A stretch of DNA of 64,000 nt from the human T2T-CHM13v2.0 reference genome, Homo sapiens. The translations under genes and the position numbers were made by a program. Position 1 is the first letter of the stretch. The number at the start of each line of letters is the position of its first letter. Of this stretch, positions 45,669 to 61,000 are shown piece by piece. The notes beneath the pieces were generated by a model, which saw nothing but the letters and a program-made list of their open reading frames with translations, searched no databases and was not told where the DNA came from. The DNA is taken from NCBI RefSeq assembly GCF_009914755.1, contig NC_060927.1; one strand, given 5' to 3'.

Positions 45669-48489
45669 TAGCTGACCCTTGAAGAACTGGTTTTAACTGC
45701 TCAGGTCCATTTACATGCAGATACTTTTCAATAAATATATAGGAAAAATTTTTGGAGATCAGCAACAATTTGAAAAAACTTATAGACAAACTGAGTAGCC
45801 TATAAGTAGTGAAAAAAATAATAAAAACACATGTTATGAATGCATAAAATATAGTTATCCACTAGTCTATTTTAGTATTTACTATAAAATAGATACAAAT
45901 TATTAAAAAGTTAAAATTTATCAAAACTCACACGCAAACAGACTGTACATGGTGTTATTTGCAGTTAAAAGAAATATAAACAAATATACAGATGCAATAT
46001 TAAATCATAACTGCACAAAATTAACTGTAGTACACGTGTATATGTAATAAGTTTGAAGCCACCTCCTGTTGCTATTGCAGTCAGTTCAAGTATTAGTAAG
46101 TATATGATTAAAACGCCATGTGACTCTAATCAACTCCATGTGAACAGTTCATCTCTCCAGCAAACTGCACATCCCAGTACAAAGTAATACCTCCCAGCCC
46201 TCACATATTTTTCTCATCGTGTTTAGTGCAATACTTTAAACATGGGATAATACCATGGGACCCGACAAAGTGCCACTAGTGATGTTGGAAGTGTGCTCAA
46301 GAAGCAAAGTCATGACATTACAAGAAGGTGTATTGCATGATACTGAATTGCTTGAATACAGTCTAAGACTCACTGTAAGAAAAAAAAAAAAGGAAATTCA
46401 TGAAACAAAGCCATTGCTGCAGCTACATCAGCAGGTACAAAAACCTTGCATGTTTTGTGAAATACCTTTTTGTCTCCTGTTGAAAATGCAGCTTTTATGT
46501 TGGTGCAGGATATCTATAAGAAAGGCATACCTATAGACCCTAATATGATTCAAGAAAAAGCAAAGTCATTCTATGACAACTTAAAGCAAAAGGAAAGTCT
46601 AAAGCTGAAGAATTTAATGCCAGCCAAGGATAGTTTGATAATTTTAGAAAGAGGTTTTGCTTAAAAAATGTCAAGATAACAGGAGACCCAGATTCTGATG
46701 ACCAAGAGGCAGCAAATAAGTCCCCACACACCATTAAGAAAATCTTTGAGGAAAAAAATATCTGCCTGAAAAGGTTTTTAATACAGATCAAAGTGCCCTA
46801 TTCTGAAGGAAAAAATAGCCACAAAGAATATTTATTAGTAAAGCAGAGAAGTGAGCACCAGAATTTAAGGCAGGAAGAGATAGGACAACTCTACTGTTCT
46901 GTGCAAATGAAGTCTGGTTTATGATCAGGACTGTCCTTATTTATAATGCTGCTAAACCCTCAAGCCTTGAAGGGAGAAGAAAAACACCAGCTTCCAGTCT
47001 TGTGGTTGTACAAGAAGACCTAGACAAAGAGAACCCTTGTTCTAGCCTGGTACCATCAATGCGTTGTTTCTGCGGTTAGAAAGCATCTTGGCAGGAAGGG
47101 ATGGTCTTCTGAAGTTCTTCTGATTGTCTATATATATCTATAGAGATACCTATATATCTCTATATAGCTAGATCTACAGATATCAGATATATATTGAGAT
47201 ATCAGATATATATATAGATATCAGAGATATCTACATATACATACACACACATATATATGTATTGTATATTTAATTAGAGACAAGGTCTTCCTATGTTGCC
47301 TAGGCTGGTCTTGAACTTCTGGCCTCTGGCCTCACACTTCAGCCTCCCAAAGTGCTAGGATTACAAGGCATGGGCCTCCGCACCTAGCCTTTATTATTAT
47401 TGTTGTTCAAAAAAATTCTTCTGATACTGGATAATGTCCCTTGCTTCCCAGAACCCCATGAGTTCAACACTGAAAGGCATCAAAGTGGCCTACTTGTCCC
47501 AAAACACCACACCTCTAAATCAGCCTCTACATCAGGGGATCAAGAACCTTTAAAGCTCATTATACATGGAACCATAAGGCCTCTATGGAAATGGCTGTCA
47601 ACAATCCTTGGTAGAAAGAATACCATGAAAGTCTGGAAGAATTACACCACTGATGCTACTGTTGTTATAGAAAAACCCATCGAGCCTAAAACAATAAATT
47701 TCTGCTGGAGAAAACTGTGTCCACATGTTGTGCATGACTCCACAGGATTTACAACAGAGCCACGGAAATCATGAAAGAGATTGTAGATATGGTTAAAAAA
47801 AACGTAGAGGATGAAAGGTTTCAAGATATGGATATCAGAGAAATTTAAGAGCTAATGGACAATGAGGAAGAAGACAAAGGAGTGCCAGAAAACAAATGGA
47901 CATTAGACAACCCAGCAGAAGAGTTCTCTTTATTCAAGGCTGCTTTATGACATGGACCCTTCTCTGATACAAGCACTGAAACTAAAGCAAATGTTGGAAG
48001 ATTGGTACTGTACAGAAACATTTTTAGAGAAATGACAAAGCAAATAAGTCAGAAATTAAACATATTTCTGTAAAGTTACACTAAGTGTGCCTGCCTCTCT
48101 TGCCTCCCCATTCACCTTCTCTACTTCTGACATCCCTGAGCTAGCAAGACCAACCCCTTCTCTTCTTCCTCCTCCTCAGCGTATTCAATGTGAAAACGAC
48201 AAGGATGCAGACCTTATGATGATCCACTTCAACTTAATGAATAATAAATATATTTTCTCTTATGATTTTCTTAATAACACTTTCTTTTCTGTGACTTTAA
48301 GAATACAGTATGTAATATATAGGATACACAAAACATATGTTAATCAACTGTTTTTGCTACCAGTAAGATGTTCTGGTCAACAGTAGGCTTTTAGTAGTTA
48401 AGATTTGTGGAAGTCAAAACTTATACTCAAATCTTCAACTCTGCAGGGGGTCAGCACCTCTAACCTCCACACTGTTCAAAGGTTAACTG
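45669..48489 (+). mobile_element. Tigger2 DNA transposon, near full length, transposase disabled
   Basis: TIRs (t)agctgacccttgaa / ttcaaaggttaactg with TA TSD; pogo/CENP-B DDE remnants (KGIPIDPNMIQEKAKSFY, ILLILDNVP) broken by stops and frameshifts. Confidence 0.9.
47125..47389 (-). mobile_element. Alu left monomer (FLAM-like) with TA-rich degenerate tail, inside Tigger2
   Basis: Antisense left arm 47272-47389; (TA/GATA) tract 47128-47265; ttcttctgat repeated on both sides. Confidence 0.8.
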
Positions 48490-49637
48490 TATATACATTA
48501 AAATATTCAATGGTATTATCTTGGGAAAAACTATTTTAATCCTCTTTTCCCTCCAAATAACAAAAACCATGATGAAAATTATTGTCGTTGCGGACCAATA
48601 ATTGGAATTATGAATATAAAAGATTTTATGACTGGTGAGGTTTCTTTCATCTTTTTCAAAAGTTGTAATTTAAAAAATACAAGCATCTTTACATTTTTAA
48701 CATGTCCTCCTTCAATTTCACTTGAAATGTAACAAACTAAATGTGATAATTAAAAATACATCAGTGTAAAATTAGTTACTTTGTTTTCTTCCAAAATAAG
48801 TAATCTATGCCATAGACAACAAACTTTATCCATGGATCAAACCACATCTATCACGGTCACATAATTGTACTTAAGTGTTAGATAATTAGCTTATATGTTA
48901 GGATGTTACAAGAAAAACCCTCAGGAAATTTATTATTTTATTTTATGAATGTCATTGAAGATACTATCTACTCCTTCGGACAGGGTCTTCTTCTCTCTGT
49001 TCCTGGCATTAGAAAAGCTGAAATATTGACTTTTCTCTTAGCAATACTACTGTACAGATTACTTTTCCTTCTTCTTTTGGCCACAAAGATGCTTAAGATA
49101 GCATCATGTCTCCCTAATGACCAAATATGCCATTCCAAAGCCAAACTGACACTCAAAGAAGAAAACAACAATAAAAAAAAAGAAAATGATTATGGTGTTG
49201 CTTCATTAACCCAATGATTTGGCAGGATGCAATTTAATGAAGCTACTAAATATATATGTACTCACCTTGAATCACAGAATATTAAATCAAAAAAGCTCTA
49301 TTCTAACATACGTAATGTAGATTATTAAAGTAATATGAGATACCTAGTGACATGACTTGTGCTACCAGAAAAGAGTGTTATCAATAAACTTGTGTGACAT
49401 GGAAGAAATCAAGCAGAATGGGCTTATAGTTTCAACTCCAATTAAAATATAAATGTATTCCACATTTAAACATTAAAATACTTTACCTAAAACACAGGTT
49501 ATTTGAGCTACTGATGGGAAGGAATGCAAAAATAAAAATTAAAGTTTTGGGCACCATAATATATATTTGGGATGGAGGACCAGATAAAAGTTTTATATTA
49601 AAGAATGCATTCAACATGTACAGTAAGTCTCTAGAGT

Positions 49638-49945
49638 AGGGCTGTACAACAGAAATGTAATATCAGCAACAACTATGAGCTACCTATGTAATATTAAGCG
49701 GCCACATTTAAAAAAAAGTAAAAAGACACAGGTAAAATTATTTTAATAGTACATCCAAAATATTATTTCAACATGTAATCATTATAAAATATTTATTACT
49801 AAGCTAGTTTACTTTCTTTTTCTTATATGAAGTCTTCAAAATCTGTGTGTATTTTAACTTGGAACATATCTTGATCTGACCTAGTCTTATTTTTAAATGC
49901 TCAAAAGCAACATGTGGCTAGTGATAACCCACTGAACAGCTCAAG
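49638..49945. mobile_element. MER33-like hAT element
   Basis: gctgtacaacagaaatgtaat...ccacatttaaaaaaaagtaaaa...acatgtggctagtg. Confidence 0.7.
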
Positions 49946-50125
49946 TCTAAAGACAAGGAAAACATTTATTTTGAGTAACTTAACTGTATATCCTCAAAGT
50001 ATATTTAATTCACCATATTTGAAGGTATTACTTTCCCACTGAAAAACGTTTTTTAGACTCATGTTCTATAATTAAACAATAGAAAGAATACCTTTTCAAG
50101 TTACACTTTTACAAATACTTTTAAA

Positions 50126-50531
<406 letters not shown>

Positions 50532-50736
50532 TGATGAAAAGATGAATGCTAACGAAATAACATTTGTTCTAGTTTATCTTTTGGAAGTGTTTTAAGCTTT
50601 ATGGAATATAGTAAAACAGGCATAAGATGGCTAAAAAGGCTTTCCCTTAAAGAAAATAAACTGGCAACCATCACATGTACTTACATTTACAAAGAACATA
50701 CACTTTAATAATCATAGTAAATTATTTGCACCTCAC

Positions 50737-50790
50737 CTTGATGAAAGCGGCTCTCAGTGTCTGGGCTGCAGACAGATTTACTCGTTCTAG
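50737..50790 (-). CDS. PDCD10: PDCD10/CCM3 coding exon (54 bp, LERVNLSAAQTLRAAFIK)
   Basis: Translation matches CCM3 residues 33-50; acceptor ttgcag|CTAGAA, donor ATCAAG|gtgagg; phase 0/0. Confidence 0.98.
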
Positions 50791-52216
50791 CTGCAATAAA
50801 AATTTTAAATTATTATGAATATCAACTTTCTTGGAAAAAGCACATTTCTGAGATTCCATTCTGTAGCAATCACATGAACACATTAAACATTTAATCAACA
50901 TTCTTGTTAACAATTGTACATCACCGTAATTCTTCAATTAGGCTATCAAAATTTTCAATGAAAAAATATATGTCCTTAATTTTTTATTAAAAAAATTAAA
51001 AGCAACCCATATGCTTTTAATTTTTATATCAAACATGTGAGGTTTATAATTTCAAAAGATTAACATCCTTACTACACATGTTAATTCAGTTTTCAGTGAA
51101 CCAAAGGCACAGAATTTCATAATTTCATAAAAATAATTCCATTTGTAAAGAGTTAACTGCCAGGCTTAAAAAACCTAGCTTCTGTTAAATTCTGATTTTT
51201 TCAGTCCTTAAGGATTGAGCTAGTTAACTCAATAAAACTCAATTGTATATATTTTTTACTTGGGACAATATTAAATTGGAAACAATGTAATCTATATAGA
51301 TTTTTACCAAGTATAATATTTCTACACAAACCTTATGAACATATATCATATTATGCAATAAAGTCTTCCCTTGAGGCAACAAAAGTGTAAGTTTTGCTTC
51401 AGAAATCTCCTGTATGGGATCTCTAACACATTAAATCAATTTATTTTCTAAACAAGACAGTTACAAATGCCAAGAACCTTGCAACTCCCTACAAATGACT
51501 AACTTTAAGCACAAAGCAAAAGCAACAGAATCTGACAAGATAATTTATCTGCCAAAAAACAATGAACCATTTAGCTTAATATTTAACATGACTTCTAACA
51601 AATCTTGTAAAATCTAATATTGCCTCAGTAGATAAAAAAGGCATAAACAGCCCAGTAAACAAATGTAGAAAGAAATAACTATATAAGTAGTTCATAATTA
51701 ACAAAGATATGTTTCCAAAAAATGAAAAAAGTTTCCTACTTCCAAGTAATTAATATAATTATAGTGACTATTACTAAGATTAAAATAACAATATAGCTCA
51801 TTAGATCTCAAGTTCTTGTTATTCAAGAAAGGCAGGGACAGATATAAAGAATGAATGTTTCTGTTTTGATAGGAACCCATTTCCTTACTTAGGTTTACAC
51901 CACACTCTGACCTCTTTTAAAAAGGTCTGAGTCAGCTGTGTGCCTTCAAGTATCAGCGTTATTAGTTCACTCTGTATAGCCCTGAATGGTATGTGAAAGG
52001 ATCCAGACAAGTAAAAGTGCCCAGAAAGTTCATGAAGAGCTAACAAGATTATCTGAGATAGGTAACAGCATCTCTAGATTTCTAGACTCATTTTAATTAC
52101 GTGAACCTTACAAAAAGAATAAGTCACAGGAAGGTCAGACATATACTAAATCAAAAATCTGTGAGCTGAGAAGCACTTCACCAAAATTCTGTTGGGAGTC
52201 ACTTGGAGATACACTG

Positions 52217-52590
52217 TAGTCATGCATCGCTTAATGATGGGGATGGATATGTTTTGAGAAAAATGTCATTAGGTGATTTCATCATTATGTGGACATCACA
52301 GAGTGTACTGACATAAACCTACAGGGATAGCCTACCACACACCTAGGCTGTATGATACAGCCTACTGTGTCTAGGCTACAAACCTGATGTTTACTGAACT
52401 ACTATAGGCAACTGTAACACTATGTATTTGTGTATGTAAACATAAAAGAGGTAATGTTGCGCTACAATGAACAATGGCTTTAACATCACTTGGTGAGAGG
52501 AATTTTTCTGCTCAATTATAATCTTATGGGACAACCATCATATATGCCATCCATCTACCAATGACTGAAATGTTATGTGCCACATGACTG
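52217..52590. mobile_element. Tigger3a/MER7-type element
   Basis: agtcatgcatcgcttaatg...gccacatgactg termini. Confidence 0.85.
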
Positions 52591-53291
52591 CATATACCCA
52601 TAGGCCTTACAATAAAGTCAAAAGCCTTTCTTCCTCATATGGTATTGATATATTCATGGTGTCCAGGACAGTACCAGGCATATATCCATTGTTTGAACTG
52701 AATTTAATCTCTTATCCATAAATTTATCTAAACTGTTCTTAAATCTATTTATAATTTCAGCCTGTACTAGTTAGGTAGCAAAATATGTTATCTTCTTCTC
52801 CATTTTACAAAGGAAGAAACTCAGTTTGACTCTGAATCCTGTATACAAGCCACTAATGCTACCCTGACTCCCTGTACTCACTCTTCCAGACTGGAGTCCA
52901 CTCTGTCACTGAATATCTTCAACCTGGTTCTTTAAGGACTGACATATTCTTGAGTTCCTACCATGTACTTGAGTTCCTACATGTACAACGTGAAGCAGCT
53001 ATATGAAAAGTGGAGTGACTGCCATCAGTTGAAGCAGAAAGAAGTCTTTATAAACATGGGATTTGAACTGATCTTTAAAAAGTGTGTTCCGGCCTCTTAA
53101 AATCATCCTCCTGGGGAGTTCTCCCACTTAGAAGTTTCTTCAGGGTTGGTAACACATGGAATGTAATGATTTCATGTAAATTTAGGAAAGAAAATTTCCA
53201 CTTTGTTTTCAGTCTCTTTAGAGTCCAGCACTTTCCGAGCTTTAGGGATAACGTCTTTGGCTAGGGTAACTTTAAAGAATAAACACAGTAA

Positions 53292-53745
<454 letters not shown>

Positions 53746-55056
53746 TTACACAGTATGTCCATGTAACCAGTAAAAGAGTAAGAGAAAATAAGAGAATCAG
53801 AGTGAGAGAAAAGGTTTGTAACATACTTCATCTCTCCTAAAAGAGAAGGAAAAGTGCCTCCTGAAGCACATTTGGAGACAATGGATAGGCTGGGTAAGCC
53901 TAACAGGAGGTCTTACCTCAACCCCCATTCTGCCTACTGTTTTGTGAACTCCTTCTGTAACTTATTGTTGATAGCCTTTAAGAACACTTACACTTACTAT
54001 CAACCACAAACCAGGCAAATTTACTCTGGTCCACTTATAAAAATATTTTAAAAGCTTCCATATAATTCAGATTCCATGGAGAGGACATTTGTTGTTTTGC
54101 TCTCTCCAAAAGTATCAGTTTCTTCTACACTTTTCCAGCATCAAGTTTCCTAAAACCATAATTAAAAAAAAAAAAAAGCCATTTAGCCCTTTGGTTACTC
54201 AAGTTTTAAAAGACTCCTGCTTTCACACTTTTGTGAAAGCTGTGTGTTTTGTTGTTGTTGTTGTTTGTTTTAAAGGTCAAAATAATTAGATTAACTGGTT
54301 TTGAATTGTGTACAAATCTACTTGCTTCCTCAAAATCAGGCAAGATTTGATTTTTCCATGTTCACGCCCCTCTCCCTACCCACAGTGAACAGATTGTTGA
54401 TCTTATTTCTTAAAAAGAACTAAACTGGGCCAACTTACAAGAATAAAAACTTCAAATACATCTCCTGAAATTCAAATAAAAATGAGGTGAGCCAGGTAAA
54501 AGTAAACAAGCTTGCTAGAAAGACAGAAGTAATGGAATCAAGAAGTCACTTATTAGTTTTTGAACTGTCACAGAGAAAGATTTGTCCATGTGAAGTTCAA
54601 CGCATGCTTCTAAAAGAATCAGTTCTGTGGGCTGCCAAGCTGTCTGGCAAAAAAGGTAAGCAGAACCACCTATTATAAAAATATTCCATTAAAACACTGC
54701 CTCCAAGTATACAAAACTGTGAAATATATGCGAAAGATTCCTTAACAATAACTAACACTTACTATATAACTAGTACTATTTTAAACACTTTACAATACAT
54801 CAACTTACTTATTTCACAGAGTTGTTGAGATAGTGAAGTACACCACTGTTTATCCCCATTTTATAAATAAGGAAACAGATAAGATTAAATAGCTTACTAA
54901 GAAGAAGAGCAATAATTCAAACCCAAAATGCTAATTATGATCACTTCCTGATGGTAGGATTGCAGATAAAATCCCTACCTGCATTGTGAAGAATGTTTAC
55001 TATGCTCAAAGTTTGAGGTCTGGTTTATTTTATCTTAACATGAAAAAAGAAAACTA

Positions 55057-58000
55057 AGAGGGGAGGCGAAGCAAGATGGCCGAATCAAAGCCTCCATTGA
55101 TGGTCCCCTCTGCAGGAATACCAATTTTACCAACTACACACAAAAAAGCACTGCCAAAGAACCAAAAATCAAGTGAGCAATCATAGTACCTGGTTTTAAT
55201 TTCATATTGCTGAAAGAGGCAATAAAGAGAGTGGAAAAGACCATCTTGAAACACTGATGCCACCCCTCCCCCCATCCCGCAATAGCAGCTGTGTGGCATG
55301 GACAAAGAATATGTGCACTTGGGTGGAGAGAGCACAGCAACTGGGAGACTTTGTACTAAACTTAGTGCTGATCAATCACGGTGGAGAGCAAAAGTGTGCT
55401 GGGTTCAGCTAGCAGCCACCCACAAAAGGTAGCATTTGGACGTGACACGGTCAGAGGAGAATCACCGATCCAAGAGGTTGGAAATTGAGTAAGCCTTGCC
55501 ACCAAGGGCTAAAGTGCTCTAGAGTCTCAGATAAACTTGAAAGGCAGTCTAGGACACAAGGACTGCAATTCCTGGACACGTCTTAGTGTTGTGCTTAGAG
55601 CCAGTGGACTAGGACAGCATGCAACCAAAAGACCCACCAGACAGGGCGACCAAGGGAATGGATGTGTCACTCCTCCCCCAGTCCCAGGCAGCAGAGCTCA
55701 CAGCAATAAGAGACTCCTTCCTTCTGCTTCAGGATAGGAAGGCAACAAGTAAAGGCAACAGGAGTGTGTCTTTTATCTTGTATACCAGCTCAGTCACAGT
55801 AGGATAAGCAACAGGCAGAGTACTGAGACCCCATTCCAGGCCCTATCTCCTGGACAACATTTCTAGACACACCCTGGGCCAAAATGGAGCTCACTGCCCT
55901 GAAGGGAAGGATCCAATCCTGGCAGGATTCATCGCCTGCTGACTAAAGACCACTCGGGCCCTGAATAAACAACAGCGATACCCAGGTAGTACACTGTAGG
56001 CCTTGGTTGAGATTCAGACATGCTGGTTTCAGGTGAAACCCAGCAAATTCCCAGCTCACTGTGGTGGCTATGGTGAGAGACTCCTGCTTGAAAAAAGCAA
56101 AAGGAAATATAAGAGGGATTTTGTCTTACATCTTAGGTACCACTTTGGATCTTGGGGTCCCCGAGTCCAGGCCTAGGCTTTTGGACAGCATTTCTAGACC
56201 TGTCCTGGCCCAGAGAGGAGCCCATTGTCCTGAAGAGTGAAGCTCAGGCTCGGCAGCAATCACCACAGGCTGACTGAAGAGCCCTTGGGTTTTAAGTGAA
56301 CATCAACCATGGCCTAGCAGAACTCCCCATGTGCCAGTGACCACAGAGAGAGGCTCCTCTGCCTGTAGAAAGGAGAGAGAAAAATGGGAAGAACTTTGTC
56401 TTGTGCTTTCAGTGCCAGCTTAGCCACAGTAGGAAAGAACACTAGGTAGATTTCTAAGGTTTTTGACTCTTAATTCTTGGCCCCCAGAGCACATCTCCAG
56501 ACCATCTGGGGCCTGGGGAAATTATCATACTGAAGGGAAGGACATAAATGTGGCTGGCTTCACTACCTGCTGATTGTAGAACCACAGGGCCTTGAGTGAA
56601 CACAGGCTTTAGCCAGGTAGTGTTTACAGCAGGCCTTGGGTCACACCCAGTGCTGTGCTAGCTTTAGGTCTGACCCAGTGCAATTCCAGAGGTGGTGGCA
56701 ACAGGGGTGTCACCCCTCCCCCAGCTTCAGGAAGTTCAGCACAGAGAGACAGAAAGAAACTACATTTGTTTGGGAGAAAGTAAGGAAAGAGAACAAGACC
56801 CTCTGCCTGGGAATCCAGAGAATTCTTCCAGATCTTAGTCAACACCACCAAGGCGGTGGTATCTCTAGGAGACTGGAAGAACCACAGCATTATTGAGCTT
56901 GGGGCCCAAGTCCCTCAGAACACTTAGAAAGTCTTCCCAAGAAAGATGGGCAAAAACAAGCCCAGACTGCAACAACTACAATAAATACCTAACTCTTCAA
57001 TGACCAGACACCAACGAACATCCAGAAGCATCAAGACCATCCAGAAAAACATGACCTCACCAAACAAACTAAATAAGGCACCAGGGACCAATCCTGCAGA
57101 AACACAGATATGTGACTTCTCAGACAGAGAATTCAAAATGACTGTGTTGAGGAAACACAATGAAATTCAAGATAACACAGAGAAAGAATTCAGAATCCTA
57201 TCCGACAAATTTAACAAAGAGACTGAAATTATTTTGTAAAATCAAGCAGAAATTCTAGAACTGAAAAATGCAACTGGCATACTGAAGAATGCATCAACCT
57301 CTTAATAGCAGAATGCATCAAGTGAAAGAAATAATTAGTGAGCTTGAAGACAGGCTATTGAAAATGCAGAGGAGACAAAAGTAAAAATAAGAATTAAACA
57401 CTCCTACAAGATCTAGAAAATAGTCTCAAAATGGTGAACCTAAGAGTTACTGGCATTAAAGAGGAGGTAGAAAAAGAGATAAGGGTAGAAAGTGTATTCA
57501 AAGTGATAACAACAGAGAACTTCCCAAACCTAGAGAAAGATATCAACATCTAAGTACAAGAAGGTTATAGAACACCAAGAAGATTTAATCCAAAGAAGAC
57601 TGTGTCGAGGCATTTAATAATCAACCCCCCAAAGGTCAAGCATAAAGGATCCTAAAAGCAGCAAGAGAAAAGAAACAAATAACATATGATGGAGCTCCAA
57701 TTTGCCTAGCAGAAGACTTTTCAGTGGAAACCTTACAGGCCATGAGAGAGTAGTATGATATATTTAAAATGCTGAAGGAAGAAATTTTTATCCTAGAATA
57801 TCCAACAAAAATATCCTTCAAACATGAAGGAGAAATAAAGACCTTCCCAAACAAATGAAAGCTGAAAGATTTCATCAACACTAGACTTGTCCTAGAAGAA
57901 ATAACAAAGGGAGTTTGATCTGAAAGAAAAGGACATTCAGGAGCAATAAAAAATCTTCTGAAAGTACAAAACTCACTGGTAATAGTAAATACACAGAAAC

Positions 58001-61000
58001 ACACAGAATATTATAATACTGTAATTGTGGTGTGCAAGCTACTCTTAAGTAGAAAGACTAATGATGAATCAATCAAAAATAATAACTATAACAACTTTTC
58101 AAGACAAACCGTACAATAAGACGTAAAGAGAAACAACAAAAGTTAAAAAATGAGAGGGATGAAGTATAGAGATTTTATTAGTTTTCTTTTTGCTTGTTTA
58201 TTTCAAAAGCTAAAAAATGACAGTAATGAAGTATAGAGATTTTATTAGTTTTCTTTTTGCTTATTTATGTAATCAGTGATAAGCTGACATCAGTTTGAAA
58301 TAATAGGTAATAAGATAGTGTTTGCAAGCCTTATGATAACCTCGAAACAAAAAACAATGTATACACCAAAAATAAAAAGCAAAAAATTAAAACATACCAC
58401 CAGAGAAAACCACCTTTGCTAAAAGGAAGACAGAAAGGAAGGAAAAAAGGAAGAGAAGACCACAAAACAACCAGAAAACAAGTAACAAAATGGCAGAGGT
58501 AAGTCCTTACTTATCAATAATAGCATTGAATGTGAATGGACTAAACTAGTCAAAAGAAAAAGAGTGGCAAATGGATTAAAAAACAAGAACAACCTGTTGC
58601 CTACGAGAAACACATTTCACCTATAAAGACATCTGAACTCAAAATAAAGAGACGAAAAAAGATATTCCATGCAAATGGAAACCAAAAAAAGAGTAGGAGC
58701 AGCTGTATTTGTATCAGACAAAACAGATTTCAAGACAAAAATTATAAGGAGACAAGGTCATTATATAATGATAAAGGGGTCAATTCAGTAAGAGGATATG
58801 ATAATTGTAAATATATATGCACCCAGTCCTGGTGTACCCAGAAATATAAGGCAAATATTATTAGAACTAAATAGAGAGACTGAGCAAAATACAATAATAG
58901 CTGGAGACTTCACCACCCAACTTTCAGTGTTGGACAGATCTTTCAGACAGAAAATCAACAAAGAAACATCAGACTAAATCTGCACTATAGACAAATGAAC
59001 CTAAACAGAATATTCCATAGAACAGCTGTAGAATACACATTCTTTTCCCCAGCACATGGATCATTCTCAAGGACAGATCATATGTTAGGTCACAATACAA
59101 GTCTTAAAACATTCAACTAGTATCAAACATCTTCTCTAAACACAATCAAATAAAACTAGAAACCAGTAACAAGAGAAATTTTTGAAACTATACAAACACA
59201 AGGAAATTAAACAATAGGCTTCTGAATTAACCGTGGATAAATCAAAAACTTAAGAAAGAAAATGAAAAATTTCTTGAAACAAGTAACAGAAACACAACAT
59301 ACCAAAACCTATGGGATACAGTGAAAGCAGTACTAAGGAAGTTTATAGCTTTAAGTGCCTACATCAAAAGAGAACAAACAATTCAAATAACACACATCTT
59401 AAACAACCAGAAAAGAGCAAACCAAACCCAAAATTAGTAGAGGAAAAGAAATAATAAAGATCAGAGATAAATGAAATTGAAACAAAGAAAATACAAAATA
59501 TCAATGAAACAAAAACTTGGTTTTTTGAAAAGATAAGCAAAATTGACACAACTTTAAACCAACTAAGAAAAAAAGAAGACCCAAATAAATAAAATCAGAG
59601 ACGAAAAGGTAGCCATTACAAACTGATACCATAGAAACTCAAAGGATCATTAGTGGCTACTATGAGCCACAGTATGGCAATAAATTGAAAAATCTAGAGG
59701 AAATGGATAAATTCCCAGACATATACCACTTATCAAGACTGAATCAGGAAGAAATCCATAACCTGAACAGGCCAATAACCAGTAACAAAATCAAAGCTGT
59801 AATAAAAACATCACCCAGTAAAGAAAAGCCCAGGATTCAATGGCTTCACTGCTGAATTCTGCCAAACATTTGAAGAACCAATACCAACCCTACTCAAACT
59901 ATTCCGAAAAATAGAGGAGGCGGGAATACTTCCAAACTCATTTTACAAAGCCAGTATTACCCTGATACCAAATCTGGGCAAAGACACATCAAAAAAGGAA
60001 AACTACAGGCCAATCTCTGATAAATAAATCCTCAACAAAATACTAACAAACCAAATTCAACAATACATTAGAAAGATCATTCATAATAACCAAGGAGATT
60101 TATCCCAGGACGCAAGGATGGTTCAATATATGCAAATCAATCAATGTGATACATCTTATCAACAGAATGAAGGACAAACATCATATGATCATTTCAGCTG
60201 ATGCTGAAAAAGCATATGATACAATTCAACATCCTTCATGATAAAAACTCTCAAAAAAGCCTTTCCTCTACGATGTGGTAAACGACAAGGATGCCCACTG
60301 TCACCGTTATTCAACACAGTACTGGAAGTCCTAGCTAGAGCAAACTATACAAGAGAAAGAAATAAAAGGCATCCAAATTGGAAAGGGAAGAAGTCAAATT
60401 ATCCTTGTTTGTAGATGATATGATCTTATATTTGGAGAAACCTAAAGACTCCACAAGGAAACTATTAGAACAGATAAATTAAGTAAAGTAGCAGAATATG
60501 AAATCAACATATAAAAATCAGCAGCATTTCTATATGCCGACAGTGAAAAATCTGAAAAAAACATTTAAAAAAGTAATCCCATTTACAGTAGCCACAAATA
60601 AAATTTAATACCAAGGAATTAAGTTAACCAAGGAACTAAAAGACCTTTACAATGAAAACTATAAAACACTGACGAAGGCAATTGGACACAAAAAAGGGAA
60701 AGATATTCTATGTTAATGGATTGGAAGAATCAATATTGTTAAAATGCCCACAGTACTCAAAGCAATCTACAGATTCAATGTAATCCCTAGCAAAACACCA
60801 ATGACATTCTTCACAGAAATAGAAAAAACAATCCTAAGATTTATACAGAACCACAAAAGACCCAGAATAGCCAAAAAGAATGAAACTGGAAGAGTCACAC
60901 TGCCTGACTTCAAACTATTCTATAGAGCTATAGTAGCCAAAATGCCATCTACTGGCAAAAAAAAAACCAGACCAATGGAACAGAATAGAGAACCCTGAAA

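Noticed and set aside
46255-47774. Possible domesticated pogo/Tigger transposase gene
   Set aside because: Multiple stops and frameshifts plus an Alu/simple-repeat insertion; ordinary Tigger2 fossil
52949-52986. 19-bp tandem duplication (similar ones at ~14548-14589 and ~26760-26788)
   Set aside because: Ordinary slippage-type micro-duplications with no functional context
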